Source: Anaerovoracaceae bacterium
GTDB taxonomy: Bacteria > Bacillota > Clostridia > Peptostreptococcales > Anaerovoracaceae
Assembly (NCBI GenBank): GCA_052169645.1
Contig: JBQNCA010000004.1
Span: 25,801 to 89,800, forward strand
Reading direction: 5' to 3'
Length of the DNA: 64,000 nt
Positions 36,562 to 47,127 of this stretch are shown piece after piece. The position numbers and the translations under genes are program-made. Position 1 is the stretch's first letter; every line of letters starts with the position of its first letter. Below the pieces are notes generated by a model that saw nothing but the letters and a program-made list of their open reading frames with translations, had not been told where the DNA came from and did not search any database.

Positions 36562-38040
36562 CTATTTCAACGAGCCTCTGACCGCTTCCGCCAAATCTGC
36601 TCTGTCTATGATATCGGAATGACGAACCTCTCTGCTTTCAAGATTTTGCAGACCCTTAGGAATATCGACCCCGCTTTTTTCATTGAGAGCTTTTACACAG
36701 GCAAAACCGTCTTTTTGTTCGGGCATTCCGAGTGCATCGGCTACACTTGATGCAAATTTATAGGCACTCGCAGTCGAAGCTATTACCGCAGGTGTGATAT
36801 CACCCGTATTTTTTCTATAATTTCTGTAAACATCATAAGCGACTGCAGTATGAGTATCAATCAGATAATTGCTTTCATTATACATGTCTGAAATCGCTTT
36901 AAGCGTCATGTCTTCATCTGCAAAGCCTCCGACAAAAGCTCTCATCCCTTCACGAATTTCATCACTCACGGTATATTTTCCGTCTTTTTCAAGGCTATCC
37001 ATAAGCTTCGCAATTTCTTCACTCTTTCCGCCGCTAAGGTGGTACAACAGTCTCTCCAAATTACTGGAAATCAGTATATCCATAGACGGAGAATTTGTGC
37101 AATAAAATTCACGCTTTGTGTCGTAGGTGCCGGTGTTTATAAAATCCGTAAGAACCTTGTTTTTGTTTGAAGCACATATGAATTTATTTACAGGAATACC
37201 CATACGAAATGCATAGTATGCCGCAAGTATATTTCCGAAATTTCCGGTAGGAACAACGATGTTTATCTTGTCCCCAGCCTTGATTTCACCGAATTCTACA
37301 AGCCTTGCATAAGCGAAAACATAGTAAGCGACCTGCGGTATAAGCCTCCCGATATTGATTGAATTGGCGGAACTTAGTTTATAGCCTTTTGACTCAAGCT
37401 CAGCATTGAACAGCTCATCGTCAAATATCTTTTTTACCCCTGTCTGAGCGTCATCGAAATTACCGTTAATTCCGAAAACGTGGGTATTATCTCCGACTTG
37501 AGTTATCATCTGACGCTTCTGCACCTCGCTTACTCCGTCCGACGGATAGAACACTATAATTTCAGTGCCGTCTACATCGGCAAAGCCTTCAAGCGCAGCT
37601 TTTCCGGTATCTCCGGAGGTCGCAGTGAGTATGGCAATCGTCTTTTCTTCTTTTTCCTTCTTCAATGCGGCAGTGAGAAGATAAGGCAGTATAGACAAAG
37701 CCATATCCTTGAATGCCGCTGTTTTCCCATGATACAGCTCCAGAAAATAAGCATCACCCGCTTTTACCAAAGGAACGATTTCATCCGCTTCAAATTTTGA
37801 ATCATATGCTCCGTCGACACATGCCTGTATTTCGGCATCCGTATAATCTGTGAAAAATGCGGAAATCACAGCCTTTGCAAATTCCTTATAAGGCTTTCCC
37901 GTCATATCGGATATTTTAAAAGGTAATGACGGTATGCTGTCAGGAACATATAATCCCCTGTCCTCCGCCAAACCCTTTATAACAGCTTGTGCCGCAGTTT
38001 TTCCGGCACCTCCGCCACGAGTACTCCTGTAATTTATCAT
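36562..38040 (-). CDS. thrC: threonine synthase (long form)
   Basis: 492 aa. HGKTAAFKDMAL PLP-lysine motif. RBS AAGGAG. Confidence 0.9.
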   Translation of the reverse strand: MINYRSTRGGGAGKTAAQAVIKGLAEDRGLYVPDSIPSLPFKISDMTGKPYKEFAKAVISAFFTDYTDAEIQACVDGAYDSKFEADEIVPLVKAGDAYFLELYHGKTAAFKDMALSILPYLLTAALKKEKEEKTIAILTATSGDTGKAALEGFADVDGTEIIVFYPSDGVSEVQKRQMITQVGDNTHVFGINGNFDDAQTGVKKIFDDELFNAELESKGYKLSSANSINIGRLIPQVAYYVFAYARLVEFGEIKAGDKINIVVPTGNFGNILAAYYAFRMGIPVNKFICASNKNKVLTDFINTGTYDTKREFYCTNSPSMDILISSNLERLLYHLSGGKSEEIAKLMDSLEKDGKYTVSDEIREGMRAFVGGFADEDMTLKAISDMYNESNYLIDTHTAVAYDVYRNYRKNTGDITPAVIASTASAYKFASSVADALGMPEQKDGFACVKALNEKSGVDIPKGLQNLESREVRHSDIIDRADLAEAVRGSLK

Positions 38041-38167
38041 CTGTTTCTCCTTAAATTATCCGGATTTAATTTCTTTTAAATCCATTTCATTTTATCTATA
38101 TCACTTATTTTAAATCAAGGGTTATATACTGAAAATATATGCATATTTTATGTGATTGATAACGACA

Positions 38168-39757
38168 TTAATCTATATGATTGATAACAAGTACATCTCC
38201 CGAAAGCAGCTTTACATTGCCTTGCGGGATTATGATATCTTCTCCCCGTTTAATCATTATTATCAAAGAGTTTTCAGGCATATTCAGCTCTGCAAGTGTC
38301 ATGTTGACATATTCACTTTCCTCAGTTATCACTATTTCCGTGAGCTTTATACCTTCAACATATGCAGGCTCCGCGGCACTCAATATGAGCCTGTCACCCT
38401 CCCGTATGCAGGTATTTCCGTTCGGTACCGATATATGACTTTCCGATTCGGACAGCACCAGCAGAGTGTCAGGAGGCAAAACTATATCCTGTATTCTATG
38501 CCCTGTCCACGGATGCTTAGGCGGTATCGTAAATTGTATAAACTGAACTCTTTCCTCTTCAGAATAGTCCGTAAAAGTTTTCATTACATCTTCTCTGTCA
38601 TCTATCATGTTAAGCTTTCTTGACACGGCAGGCAGCAAAGTTCCCTGAAACAGAATTGAAATCAAAACTATCACGAAAGTCCCGTGGAATATATCGTCAT
38701 TTCCTGTATGAAGGACTGCAAATATTGCGAAAACTATGGAAGCTGCGCCTCTTAGCCCTGCAAACGATATGAGAGCGCAGCGTTCAGGTTTGCTTCCGAA
38801 CGGCAGCAGCAGCAAGAATACGCTTAACGGTCGTGCTATAAAAATAAGGAACAGCGCCAACGGCAAAGCGGTTACTACATATTGAGGAATCATAGACGGT
38901 GTGGCAAGCAATCCGAAAAGGAAGAAAATTAACATCTGCGCAAGCCCCGTCATACCGTCAAGAAAATTAACCAGACTCTTTTTTCCCTTGATATCACTGT
39001 TTCCGAGAATTATCCCCGCAATGTATGTGCTAAGATATCCGCTGCCGTTAAAAATCGAGGGCGCTGCATAAGAAAACAGGATTACTCCCATAAGGAATAC
39101 CATATCATAGCCTGCCGAAAATTTTATTTTCTTCATTATATAAGCGGCGCCAAGCCCTACAATGGCACCTGCAAGTATACCTAATACAGGCTGAGAAATC
39201 ACCACCTTAATCACAGATTCCTTTGTCGCCTCACCGTTCGCTACGGATGCAAAAATCACCGTAAGCATAAATGCCATCGGATCGTTGCTTCCGCTCTCCA
39301 TTTCAAGCAGAGAAGCTGTATTATACTTCAAATTCAAATGTCTTGAACGAAGTATCGAAAACACCGATGCCGCATCCGTCGAGCTTATAACGGAGCCTAT
39401 CAAAAATCCCATGATCCAGCTCATGTGAAATACAAAATGACAAAACAATCCAACCAGAGCTGTAGTAATCAGGACTCCTGCAGTAGATAACAGTATTGAC
39501 TGAACAGCTGCCGGTTTGGCATGCTTCCAGCTGGTTCCAAAACCGCCGTAAAACATTATGATTACCAATGACACTGTACTTATCTGCTCTGCAAAATCAA
39601 AATTGTCAAAGCTGATATGACCAATCCCGTCGGTACCGAAAATCATTCCCATAGCTATAAAAGCCAGCAATACAGGTATTCCGAATTTAACGGAAACCTT
39701 ATTCAGCATTACTCCTAAAAAAATTACAGCTACAGCCAACAGCATATAGGTTATCAT
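38168..39757 (-). CDS. K+/H+ (cation/proton) antiporter with C-terminal TrkA-C/RCK_C domain
   Basis: About 12 TM segments with a LLEMESGSNDP-type motif. The C-terminal ~90 aa soluble domain has a GDRLIL...GDVLVI pattern. Confidence 0.85.
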   Translation of the reverse strand: MITYMLLAVAVIFLGVMLNKVSVKFGIPVLLAFIAMGMIFGTDGIGHISFDNFDFAEQISTVSLVIIMFYGGFGTSWKHAKPAAVQSILLSTAGVLITTALVGLFCHFVFHMSWIMGFLIGSVISSTDAASVFSILRSRHLNLKYNTASLLEMESGSNDPMAFMLTVIFASVANGEATKESVIKVVISQPVLGILAGAIVGLGAAYIMKKIKFSAGYDMVFLMGVILFSYAAPSIFNGSGYLSTYIAGIILGNSDIKGKKSLVNFLDGMTGLAQMLIFFLFGLLATPSMIPQYVVTALPLALFLIFIARPLSVFLLLLPFGSKPERCALISFAGLRGAASIVFAIFAVLHTGNDDIFHGTFVIVLISILFQGTLLPAVSRKLNMIDDREDVMKTFTDYSEEERVQFIQFTIPPKHPWTGHRIQDIVLPPDTLLVLSESESHISVPNGNTCIREGDRLILSAAEPAYVEGIKLTEIVITEESEYVNMTLAELNMPENSLIIMIKRGEDIIIPQGNVKLLSGDVLVINHID

Positions 39758-39873
39758 CTGAAATCACACTTTCCTATAAAAACAAAAACTAATCGTACAG
39801 GCTTTTTATAAGCGGAAAATTTATATTAAAGCAATAGAATAAACCTTTAAATACCGCTTATATATTATTTATA

Positions 39874-41124
39874 TCAAACATTCCAACTGTGCAGATATTT
39901 TTCCTGTTCTTCGGAAAGTGTATCTATCCTTGTTCCCCATGCATCCAATTTCATAGCTGCAACTCTGTAGTCTATTTCATCCGAAACATTAATAACCTCG
40001 TTCGGGAGATTTTCATGATTGTTCAGTATATACAAAGCTGACAGAGCCTGAACCGCAAAACTCATATCCATTATCTCCGCCGGATGTCCGTTCGATGCGG
40101 CAATATTTACCAATCTGCCCTCTGCTATGACATTTATAATCTTTCCGTTTGAAAGTCTGTAGCCCATTATATTTTCACGAGCTTCCTTCTTTTCGACAGA
40201 ATTTTTATCCAGCCAGTCCATATCTATTTCTACATTGAAATGCCCGGCATTTGACAGGATAGCATGATTTTTCATTTTCATTATATGCTTTTCCGTAATA
40301 ACATCCTTGCATCCGGTGACAGTAACAAAAATATCTCCGATACTTGCCGCCTCGTCCATAGGCATTACATCATAGCCGTCCATTTTAGCTTCTATAGCCT
40401 TTACAGGATCAATCTCCGTAACTGTTACTTTAGCTCCGAACGCCGCAGCTCTCGAAGCTACGCCCTTACCGCACCAGCCGTATCCGCATACGACCACATT
40501 TTTTGCAGCAACTATGAGATTTGTATTGTGCATTATGCTCTCCCACACGGACTGACCGGTGCCGTAGCGATTGTCAAACAAATGCTTGCACTTGGCATCA
40601 TTAACAGCAACCATGGGAAATCTGAGGACTCCGTCCGCTTCCATAGCCTGAAGTCGTATAACACCTGTCGTTGTTTCTTCACAGCCGCCCCATACTCCGT
40701 CTGCCAAAGCTTTCATTTCCGTATGCAACATTCCTATGAGATCACCGCCGTCATCTATGACTATCTGCGGACCGTTAGCCAGAGTCTTTCTTATATGATC
40801 GGTATACTCCTCATCCGTCGCAGCGTGATAAGCAAACACTCTGAGTCCGTCTTCAACCAAAGCAGCCGCCACATCGTCCTGAGTGGAAAGCACGTTGCTT
40901 CCGGTAACAGACATTACAGCTCCGCCTGCTGCGAGAACCTTGCAGAGATATGCGGTCTTTGCCTCCAGATGAACGCTCAAAGATATCTTTACATCCTCAA
41001 AGGGCTTATTGTTTTCAAATTCTTTTTCGAGAGCCGACAGAAGGGGCATATTGTTCTTTACCCATTCTATTTTCTTATGTCCCGACTCCGCCAAATCTAT
41101 ATTTTTTATATCAAAATCCTGCAT
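39874..41124 (-). CDS. ahcY: adenosylhomocysteinase
   Basis: DLAESGHKKIEW...DDGGD...VVCGYGWCGKG NAD motif. ATG at 41124 lies 6 nt after GGAG. Confidence 0.95.
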   Translation of the reverse strand: MQDFDIKNIDLAESGHKKIEWVKNNMPLLSALEKEFENNKPFEDVKISLSVHLEAKTAYLCKVLAAGGAVMSVTGSNVLSTQDDVAAALVEDGLRVFAYHAATDEEYTDHIRKTLANGPQIVIDDGGDLIGMLHTEMKALADGVWGGCEETTTGVIRLQAMEADGVLRFPMVAVNDAKCKHLFDNRYGTGQSVWESIMHNTNLIVAAKNVVVCGYGWCGKGVASRAAAFGAKVTVTEIDPVKAIEAKMDGYDVMPMDEAASIGDIFVTVTGCKDVITEKHIMKMKNHAILSNAGHFNVEIDMDWLDKNSVEKKEARENIMGYRLSNGKIINVIAEGRLVNIAASNGHPAEIMDMSFAVQALSALYILNNHENLPNEVINVSDEIDYRVAAMKLDAWGTRIDTLSEEQEKYLHSWNV

Positions 41125-41199
41125 ATTAGTCTCCGTTCCGACATCATCAGCGTGCTGTACAAGCAATGATGAACGCCATTTTCCACACTGTTCATTCGA

Positions 41200-41820
41200 T
41201 TATTCCGAATCACCTTCAAATTCATCAACAGATTTTTCCGTAAAAGGCTGCGACATATCCATATGCCCCGCCAAAGTGTCTACAATATCTCCATTTGCCG
41301 TAAATGATACGCTGTCAATCTCATCAAAGGATTCCAACAACGAGTCGACTATCTGATATACAAAGAACTGCTCCGTATAAGGGTCAAGCTCGCTAAGATC
41401 ACCTTTTAAATCTATGCTGCACTTCGTACCGTCAACGGTAATATTTCCGATTTGTATATCATCGGTGACAAATGTCACGGCACCCTTGACATCTTCAGGT
41501 ACTGATCTCAGCAAATTAATTACAGCCTCTATTTCCTTAACAGTGTCCTTTTCATTAAGCTTAATCTCGGCATCAACTCCGTCTATCAGCTTAGGCACCG
41601 ATTCATTTCCGTCATTTATATAGGTTTCTGATGCAAAAGACAGCTTTACGTCCTTTACATAATCGGATTTTCCGTCATCAGCATTTCCCGACTGCTCCGA
41701 GGAGCTTGCAGCGGAACCGTTTTCGCCTTTATTTTCAACCTTTTCGCACCCTGTAAATACAAAAACCGTTGTCATCATAGCTATACACAATATGACAGCT
41801 GTAATCTTTCTCATTTTCAT
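41200..41820 (-). CDS. lipoprotein, GerMN-like domain
   Basis: Lipobox VFTGCEK. An acidic linker, then a ~130-aa domain ending VSFTANGDIVDTLAGHMDMSQPF. Only 33 nt upstream of ahcY. Confidence 0.55.
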   Translation of the reverse strand: MKMRKITAVILCIAMMTTVFVFTGCEKVENKGENGSAASSSEQSGNADDGKSDYVKDVKLSFASETYINDGNESVPKLIDGVDAEIKLNEKDTVKEIEAVINLLRSVPEDVKGAVTFVTDDIQIGNITVDGTKCSIDLKGDLSELDPYTEQFFVYQIVDSLLESFDEIDSVSFTANGDIVDTLAGHMDMSQPFTEKSVDEFEGDSE

Positions 41821-42067
41821 AATATTATCCCCTTTCTTAGCGTCATATGAACATTATAACTGCAAGTTCCGGCTTCGGCAAATATTTTACTCGTAATTGC
41901 CGGTAATCCTGAATTATCAAAGCTGCAATATTGTCGCAGACAAATGTATGATTTATAATATTTTTAAGATAATTAACACATTGATATTCATCCATACTGC
42001 TGTTAAAAATTCAATTTATCATTTCGTAATAATTATAATAATTATGTGAGTTACTTGGAGGAAATAT

Positions 42068-42844
42068 ATGAAATATTCAGATGAAGGTGTTCAATATCAT
42101 TTACAGATAAAAAGCGGCGATGTAGGAAAATATGTGCTGCTTCCGGGCGACCCTAAAAGATGTAGGCTCATTGCCGAAAATCTGAACGACTCAGTACTGA
42201 TTTCAGACAGCAGGGAATATGTAACTTACACCGGCAGCCTGTGCGGCGAAAAGGTCAGTGTCACCTCAACCGGCATAGGCGGACCTTCCGCCGCCATAGC
42301 TATGGAGGAATTGGTTCGGGCAGGTGCCGACACATTCATACGCATAGGCACCTGCGGAGGAATGCAAACCGACGTTAAAAGCGGTGATTTGGTAATTGCA
42401 AGCTCCGCCGTGCGTGCCGAGGGTACGAGCCGTGAATATGCTCCGATAGAATATCCTGCCGTTTCCGATTTTGAGATAGTACGTCATCTGAAAGAAGCGG
42501 CAAAAAAACTGAAGCATAATTTTCATATCGGAACGGTTCAATGCAAGGATTCCTTTTACGGTCAGCATTATGCGTCTACAATGCCCGTAGCTGCCGACCT
42601 TGAAAATAAATGGGAAGCATGGCTGCGCATGGGCTGCTTGGCTTCTGAAATGGAATCCGCCGCAATTTTCACCGTCGCACAATTCCTGAGAGTGCGAGCC
42701 GGATGCATACTTCTTGTCGTCGCAAATCAGGAACGTGAAAAAAAAGGGCTGAGCAATCCTGTGATTCATAATACCGAGGCAGCTGTAAAAACTGCTGTAG
42801 AAGCCCTTAAAGAGCTGATTTCCGAAGACAGGAACGAGCTTTGA
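42068..42844 (+). CDS. udp: uridine phosphorylase (PNP_UDP_1 family)
   Basis: LLPGDPKRC...[16 protein letters not shown]...RIGTCGG...EMESAAIF pattern. Confidence 0.8.
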   Translation: MKYSDEGVQYHLQIKSGDVGKYVLLPGDPKRCRLIAENLNDSVLISDSREYVTYTGSLCGEKVSVTSTGIGGPSAAIAMEELVRAGADTFIRIGTCGGMQTDVKSGDLVIASSAVRAEGTSREYAPIEYPAVSDFEIVRHLKEAAKKLKHNFHIGTVQCKDSFYGQHYASTMPVAADLENKWEAWLRMGCLASEMESAAIFTVAQFLRVRAGCILLVVANQEREKKGLSNPVIHNTEAAVKTAVEALKELISEDRNEL

Positions 42845-42847
42845 GCT

Positions 42848-42955
42848 CATATATAGGCTTTTTCTACTCATTACTATTAATCGAAATATTCAATCAACAA
42901 TAAGAATGCCTATGCGTATGAAGCGAACGATCTTTGATTGACCGTCCGTACTTGG
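42848..42955 (+). repeat. dispersed intergenic repeat, copy A
   Basis: About 80% identical by eye over about 83 nt (42848-42930) to 45961-46044. Weaker similarity continues to about 42955. Confidence 0.75.
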
Positions 42956-43100
42956 CTTTGACCTCTTCCAAGAAGCCTTGATACCGCTCCCGGAAATCAA
43001 AACGACACCTGTACGGTTCGGCGAAACTCCTACTTTTTATTTGCAAAACGGAGAATCACTTAAAACTCACAGGTGTCATTTTATATTTTACAGCTCGCTA

Positions 43101-44933
43101 CTATTCAACCGTAACACTCTTCGCAAGGTTCTTAGGCTTATCTATATCGCAGCCTCTTAGCTTTGCAATATGGTATGCGAGAATCTGCAACGGAATTATT
43201 GATACGAGCGGGCTCAAATCATCATTGCACTCGGGTATATAGAAAACATCATCCGCCTGATCTTCGATTGCAGTATTGCCGCTGCTCGTTACTCCTACCA
43301 CATATGCCCCTCTCGCCTTGACCTCCTGAATATTTGAGAGCATCTTATCAAACAAAGCTCTTTGGGTAGCCAGAGATATAACCGGGGTATCCTGCTCTAT
43401 AAGTGCAATGGTTCCGTGCTTCAACTCTCCTGCAGCTATCGCAAACGAATTTATATACGATATTTCTTTAAGCTTCAACGAACCCTCATACGAAACCGCA
43501 GCATCTATACCTCTGCCTATAAAGAATACATTTGTACTTCTGTAAAGCTTTTTTGCAATATTCTCGATCTGCTTCTCCTGTTTAATAATTTTCTGAACCT
43601 TTTCCGGAATCAGCTGCAGCTCATCTATGTAAGTGCGGTAATTCTCATCGGACAAAACACCCTTTTCTCTGCCCATATATAAAGCTATCATATACATGCA
43701 TACCAGCTGTGTAGTATAAGCCTTTGTCGACGCCACTGCGATTTCAGGTCCCGCCCAAGTATAAAATACGTCATCGGATTCACGAGCTACGGAACTTCCG
43801 ACAACATTTACCACAGACAGAACACGAGCACCTCTCTTCTTAGCCTCTCTAAGTGCCGCCAGAGTGTCAAGAGTTTCACCCGATTGGCTTATCGCTATAA
43901 AGAGGGTCTTATCATCTACAAAAGGATCTCTGTATCTGAACTCGGATGCCACATCCACCTCAACACTTATGTCCGCAAATTTTTCTATTGCGAATTTTCC
44001 TATCAATCCTGCATGATAAGCTGTTCCGCATGCAACAATATAAACCTTGTTGAAAGCTTCAATCTCCGCCTTGGTAAGATTGATGCCGTCAAGAACGATA
44101 TTCCCGTTTTCATCCATTCTGCGGCAGAGTGTATCTTTTATACCTTTTGGCTGCTCATGGATTTCCTTAAGCATGAAATGGTCGTAGCCTTCTTTTTCAG
44201 CCGCATCGGCATCCCAAGTAACGTTGAAAACCTCTCTGTGAACTTCATTCCCGTCGGCATCATAAATTTTTACGTCATTTTGAGTTAGAACAACCATTTC
44301 GCTGTTTTCTATAAGATAAATCTGACGAACATGCTTGAGCAGCGCCGGAATATCCGAAGCTATAAAGTTACATCCTTGACCGAGTCCTACTATGAGCGGA
44401 CTGTCTTTTCTGTAAGCCACCAGTTTGTCAGGCTCGTCGGCACAAATCACTCCAAGTCCGTATGCCCCCTGCATGTCCTTTATAGCACGCTGAACCGCAT
44501 CCTCAAGATTGCCTTCATAATAAAGACCTATCAGCTGAGCTATCACTTCGGTGTCCGTATCCGACTTAAACTCTATTCCATGCTCTTCTATCAGCATTTT
44601 TTTGAGAACAGCATAATTTTCAACTATCCCATTGTGAACAACAGCTATTTTACCGCTTTTATCAATGTGAGGATGCGCATTTGCATCGGAAGGAGCTCCA
44701 TGAGTTGCCCATCTGGTATGACCTATTCCGACATTTGCATACAAATCTTCCCCCGAAATGAGCTCTTCCAAATTTGCTATTCTGCCTTTCTTCTTTCTTA
44801 TGATTAATCCCCGATCCGGTGAGCACAAGGCTATCCCCGCAGAATCATAGCCTCTATACTCAAGTTTTTTCAGTCCTTCTATAATAATGCCTGTCGCATT
44901 TTCATCGCCTATATAGCCTACTATTCCACACAT
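43101..44933 (-). CDS. glmS: glutamine--fructose-6-phosphate aminotransferase
   Basis: MCGIVGYIG N-terminal nucleophile. Two SIS domains. C-terminal KSVTVE. Confidence 0.97.
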   Translation of the reverse strand: MCGIVGYIGDENATGIIIEGLKKLEYRGYDSAGIALCSPDRGLIIRKKKGRIANLEELISGEDLYANVGIGHTRWATHGAPSDANAHPHIDKSGKIAVVHNGIVENYAVLKKMLIEEHGIEFKSDTDTEVIAQLIGLYYEGNLEDAVQRAIKDMQGAYGLGVICADEPDKLVAYRKDSPLIVGLGQGCNFIASDIPALLKHVRQIYLIENSEMVVLTQNDVKIYDADGNEVHREVFNVTWDADAAEKEGYDHFMLKEIHEQPKGIKDTLCRRMDENGNIVLDGINLTKAEIEAFNKVYIVACGTAYHAGLIGKFAIEKFADISVEVDVASEFRYRDPFVDDKTLFIAISQSGETLDTLAALREAKKRGARVLSVVNVVGSSVARESDDVFYTWAGPEIAVASTKAYTTQLVCMYMIALYMGREKGVLSDENYRTYIDELQLIPEKVQKIIKQEKQIENIAKKLYRSTNVFFIGRGIDAAVSYEGSLKLKEISYINSFAIAAGELKHGTIALIEQDTPVISLATQRALFDKMLSNIQEVKARGAYVVGVTSSGNTAIEDQADDVFYIPECNDDLSPLVSIIPLQILAYHIAKLRGCDIDKPKNLAKSVTVE

Positions 44934-45245
44934 ATAATAATTTTCTCCATAATTTTAAATATTCATAAAAATTCTATTTGTATAAATTTCATTTTTATTT
45001 ACAGAAATACTTTTCATCATTTTAACATAACGGCTTGTGCTGTCAAATATTAAGATGTTTACACAAACTTAAAGTCACACACTTGAATGAAATGCGCTTT
45101 TAAACTAAAATATTGTCATGCAGATAATATTTCATTCATACCGATATAAAAAGCTGCATAAACATCTGACAGTTTTACTGCAAATCACAAAACCGTCATT
45201 TCATGCGTTATAATAAAGAAAATATATAAAAAGGAGGGATAATAT

Positions 45246-45911
45246 ATGGGAAGTGAATCGAAAAACATATGGTCGGATGTCGCAACCGTCGAAAAGCTCA
45301 AAGCTTTGTGGGGAAACAGAAAAAGATATTATCAAAGTGAAAATCATGCTCGGCGTTCCGCCGTTCTCATGCCTTTTATATATAAAGACGGAGAATATTG
45401 CTTCTTATTTGAACAGCGTTCCTCCGCTCTCGGTTCTCAGCCCGGAGAAATATGCTTTCCCGGAGGTATAATGGAAGGGGATGAATCAGGACATCGCACA
45501 GCTGTCAGGGAAACCTGCGAGGAGCTGCTCATAACCGAGGATAAGATTGATCTTATAGCTCCTATGGATGTAATGAGCGGTCCGACGGGCGCATTGCTTT
45601 GGCCTTATCTGGGAGAAATAAAAAACTATGACTACACCTTTTCCACCGATGAAGTTGACCATGTATTTACCGTTCCCGTAAGTTGGTTTACAGAGCATGA
45701 GCCGAGAAGCTACATGGCTGATTTGGTAATAATACCCCGTGAAGGATTTCCGTACGAGCTCATACCGGACGGTAAAAATTATCATTGGAGAAAAAAGCCT
45801 CGTGAAATACTGTTCTATAAATATGACGATTATATAATATGGGGTCTGACCGCCCGACTCATATATTCCTTCGTCACCTTATTTCATGACAAAAGCGGTT
45901 TGTTTTTCTAA
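45246..45911 (+). CDS. NUDIX hydrolase, CoA pyrophosphatase type
   Basis: EQRSSALGSQPGEICFPGG (NuCoA motif) followed by the Nudix box GGIMEGDESGHRTAVRETCEE. RBS AAAGGAGGG. Confidence 0.8.
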   Translation: MGSESKNIWSDVATVEKLKALWGNRKRYYQSENHARRSAVLMPFIYKDGEYCFLFEQRSSALGSQPGEICFPGGIMEGDESGHRTAVRETCEELLITEDKIDLIAPMDVMSGPTGALLWPYLGEIKNYDYTFSTDEVDHVFTVPVSWFTEHEPRSYMADLVIIPREGFPYELIPDGKNYHWRKKPREILFYKYDDYIIWGLTARLIYSFVTLFHDKSGLFF

Positions 45912-46060
45912 TCGTAAATCAGCAATACCAACGCCTATGCAGCGGGAGCGTGTCTGAGCCCATATGCATAGGCTTTTTATTCATTACAATTTAAATCGAA
46001 TATACAATCAGCAATAATTGTGCCTATGCATATGAAGCGAATGACAAAAATCCGTACTAT
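45911..46060 (+). repeat. dispersed intergenic repeat, copy B (about 1.5 tandem units)
   Basis: 45961-46044 matches copy A. 45911-45950 repeats the AATCAGCAATA..GCCTATGCA..AGCG module. Confidence 0.75.
45933..45980 (+). terminator. rho-independent terminator built from repeat-element arms
   Basis: GCCTATGCA-(23 nt)-TGCATAGGC followed by TTTTTATT. Confidence 0.65.
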
Positions 46061-47019
46061 ATGGAAAGTATTGAAGCAAGCTTCCGATCTTCAAAAGGAT
46101 GTCGATTTTCGGCAGCTATCGCTTCATCTATAGGAACATCCACAATTCGATTATCGGAAATGCCTACAGCCCTTCCGCATACATTATCACGCAACAGTTC
46201 TACCGCTCTGTATCCCAAGCGTGATGCCAATATCCTGTCGGTTGCGGAAGGCGAACCTCCACGCTGTATATAACCCGGTACCACAGTCCTTGTATCTATG
46301 CCTGTACGCTCTTTGAGAATATTTGACAACTCATAGGATGAAATTTTTACACCTTCAGCCATCATTATAAGGCTGTGCAGCTTTCCTCTGCTTTTGCCGC
46401 TCAATATCTTCTCACAGATACCGTCTATATCTGTTTCATCCTCAGGAATAAGGATGGATTCAGCCCCCGAAGCAAGCCCCGCATATAAAGCAATATCTCC
46501 GCAATCACGCCCCATAACTTCCACTATGGTGGCACAGCCGTGAGATATGGATGTATCTCGAATATTGCTGACCAAGGCTACCACAGTATTCACTGCTGTA
46601 TCAAAGCCTATGGTGAAATCCGTATATCCCAGATCATTATCGATAGTTCCGGGAATACATACGGTCGGTACCCCTGATTTAAAAAGCTTATCAGCTCCTT
46701 TAAAAGATCCGTCACCGCCTATAACTATCAAACCTTCAATGCCGAATTCTCCGACATTGCCGAGAGCATCCCGAAAACCCTCCTCTGTCATGAATCTTCT
46801 GCTTCTTGCAGTGAGCAGCATCGTTCCCCCGCGATGCACTATATCGGAAACCGAGGAAAGCCCGAGCTCCTCAATATCTCCGTTCATAAGTCCCTCGTAG
46901 CCTTTATATATTCCGTATATCTGCATATCATTATAAATAGCGCCTCTCACTGCAGCACGTACTGCGGCATTCATTCCGGGAGCATCTCCTCCGCTTGTAA
47001 GCAAACCTATCCTTTTCAT
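46057..47019 (-). CDS. pfkA: ATP-dependent 6-phosphofructokinase
   Basis: MKRIGLLTSGGDAPGMNAA...GGDGS...PGTIDND motifs. Confidence 0.95.
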   Translation of the reverse strand: MKRIGLLTSGGDAPGMNAAVRAAVRGAIYNDMQIYGIYKGYEGLMNGDIEELGLSSVSDIVHRGGTMLLTARSRRFMTEEGFRDALGNVGEFGIEGLIVIGGDGSFKGADKLFKSGVPTVCIPGTIDNDLGYTDFTIGFDTAVNTVVALVSNIRDTSISHGCATIVEVMGRDCGDIALYAGLASGAESILIPEDETDIDGICEKILSGKSRGKLHSLIMMAEGVKISSYELSNILKERTGIDTRTVVPGYIQRGGSPSATDRILASRLGYRAVELLRDNVCGRAVGISDNRIVDVPIDEAIAAENRHPFEDRKLASILSI

Positions 47020-47127
47020 TATAATCTCACAACCTCGTATCATTAAATCATAGTGTTAACATACATCCGTTACGCATGATGCCATATTCCGGATCGCTTA
47101 TCCCATACTGACGCAGGATGCTTTCTT

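Noticed and set aside
39758-39873. c-di-AMP (ydaO-type) riboswitch upstream of the K+/H+ antiporter.
   Set aside because: The leader is only 116 nt and AT-rich, and it lacks the conserved ACGGGG/CCCG-type cores. The ATAAGCGG..CCGCTTAT dyad looks more like the ahcY terminator region.
40264-41169. 301-aa plus-strand ORF antisense to ahcY. Also 55135-55770 and 55541-56110 opposite pth and prs.
   Set aside because: Shadow ORFs; the opposite-strand genes have unambiguous catalytic motifs.
42978-43160. 60-aa plus-strand ORF between udp and glmS.
   Set aside because: It overlaps the glmS 3' end and the repeat element, and has no RBS.
44934-45245. Expected a glmS ribozyme in the 312-nt leader upstream of glmS, as is common in Firmicutes.
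   Set aside because: The region is AT-rich. It contains none of the conserved GC-rich cores I remember (AGCGCCAGAACU, GACGAGG, GGCGGAUGCC-type segments) on the minus strand. A cmsearch with the Rfam glmS model would settle it.
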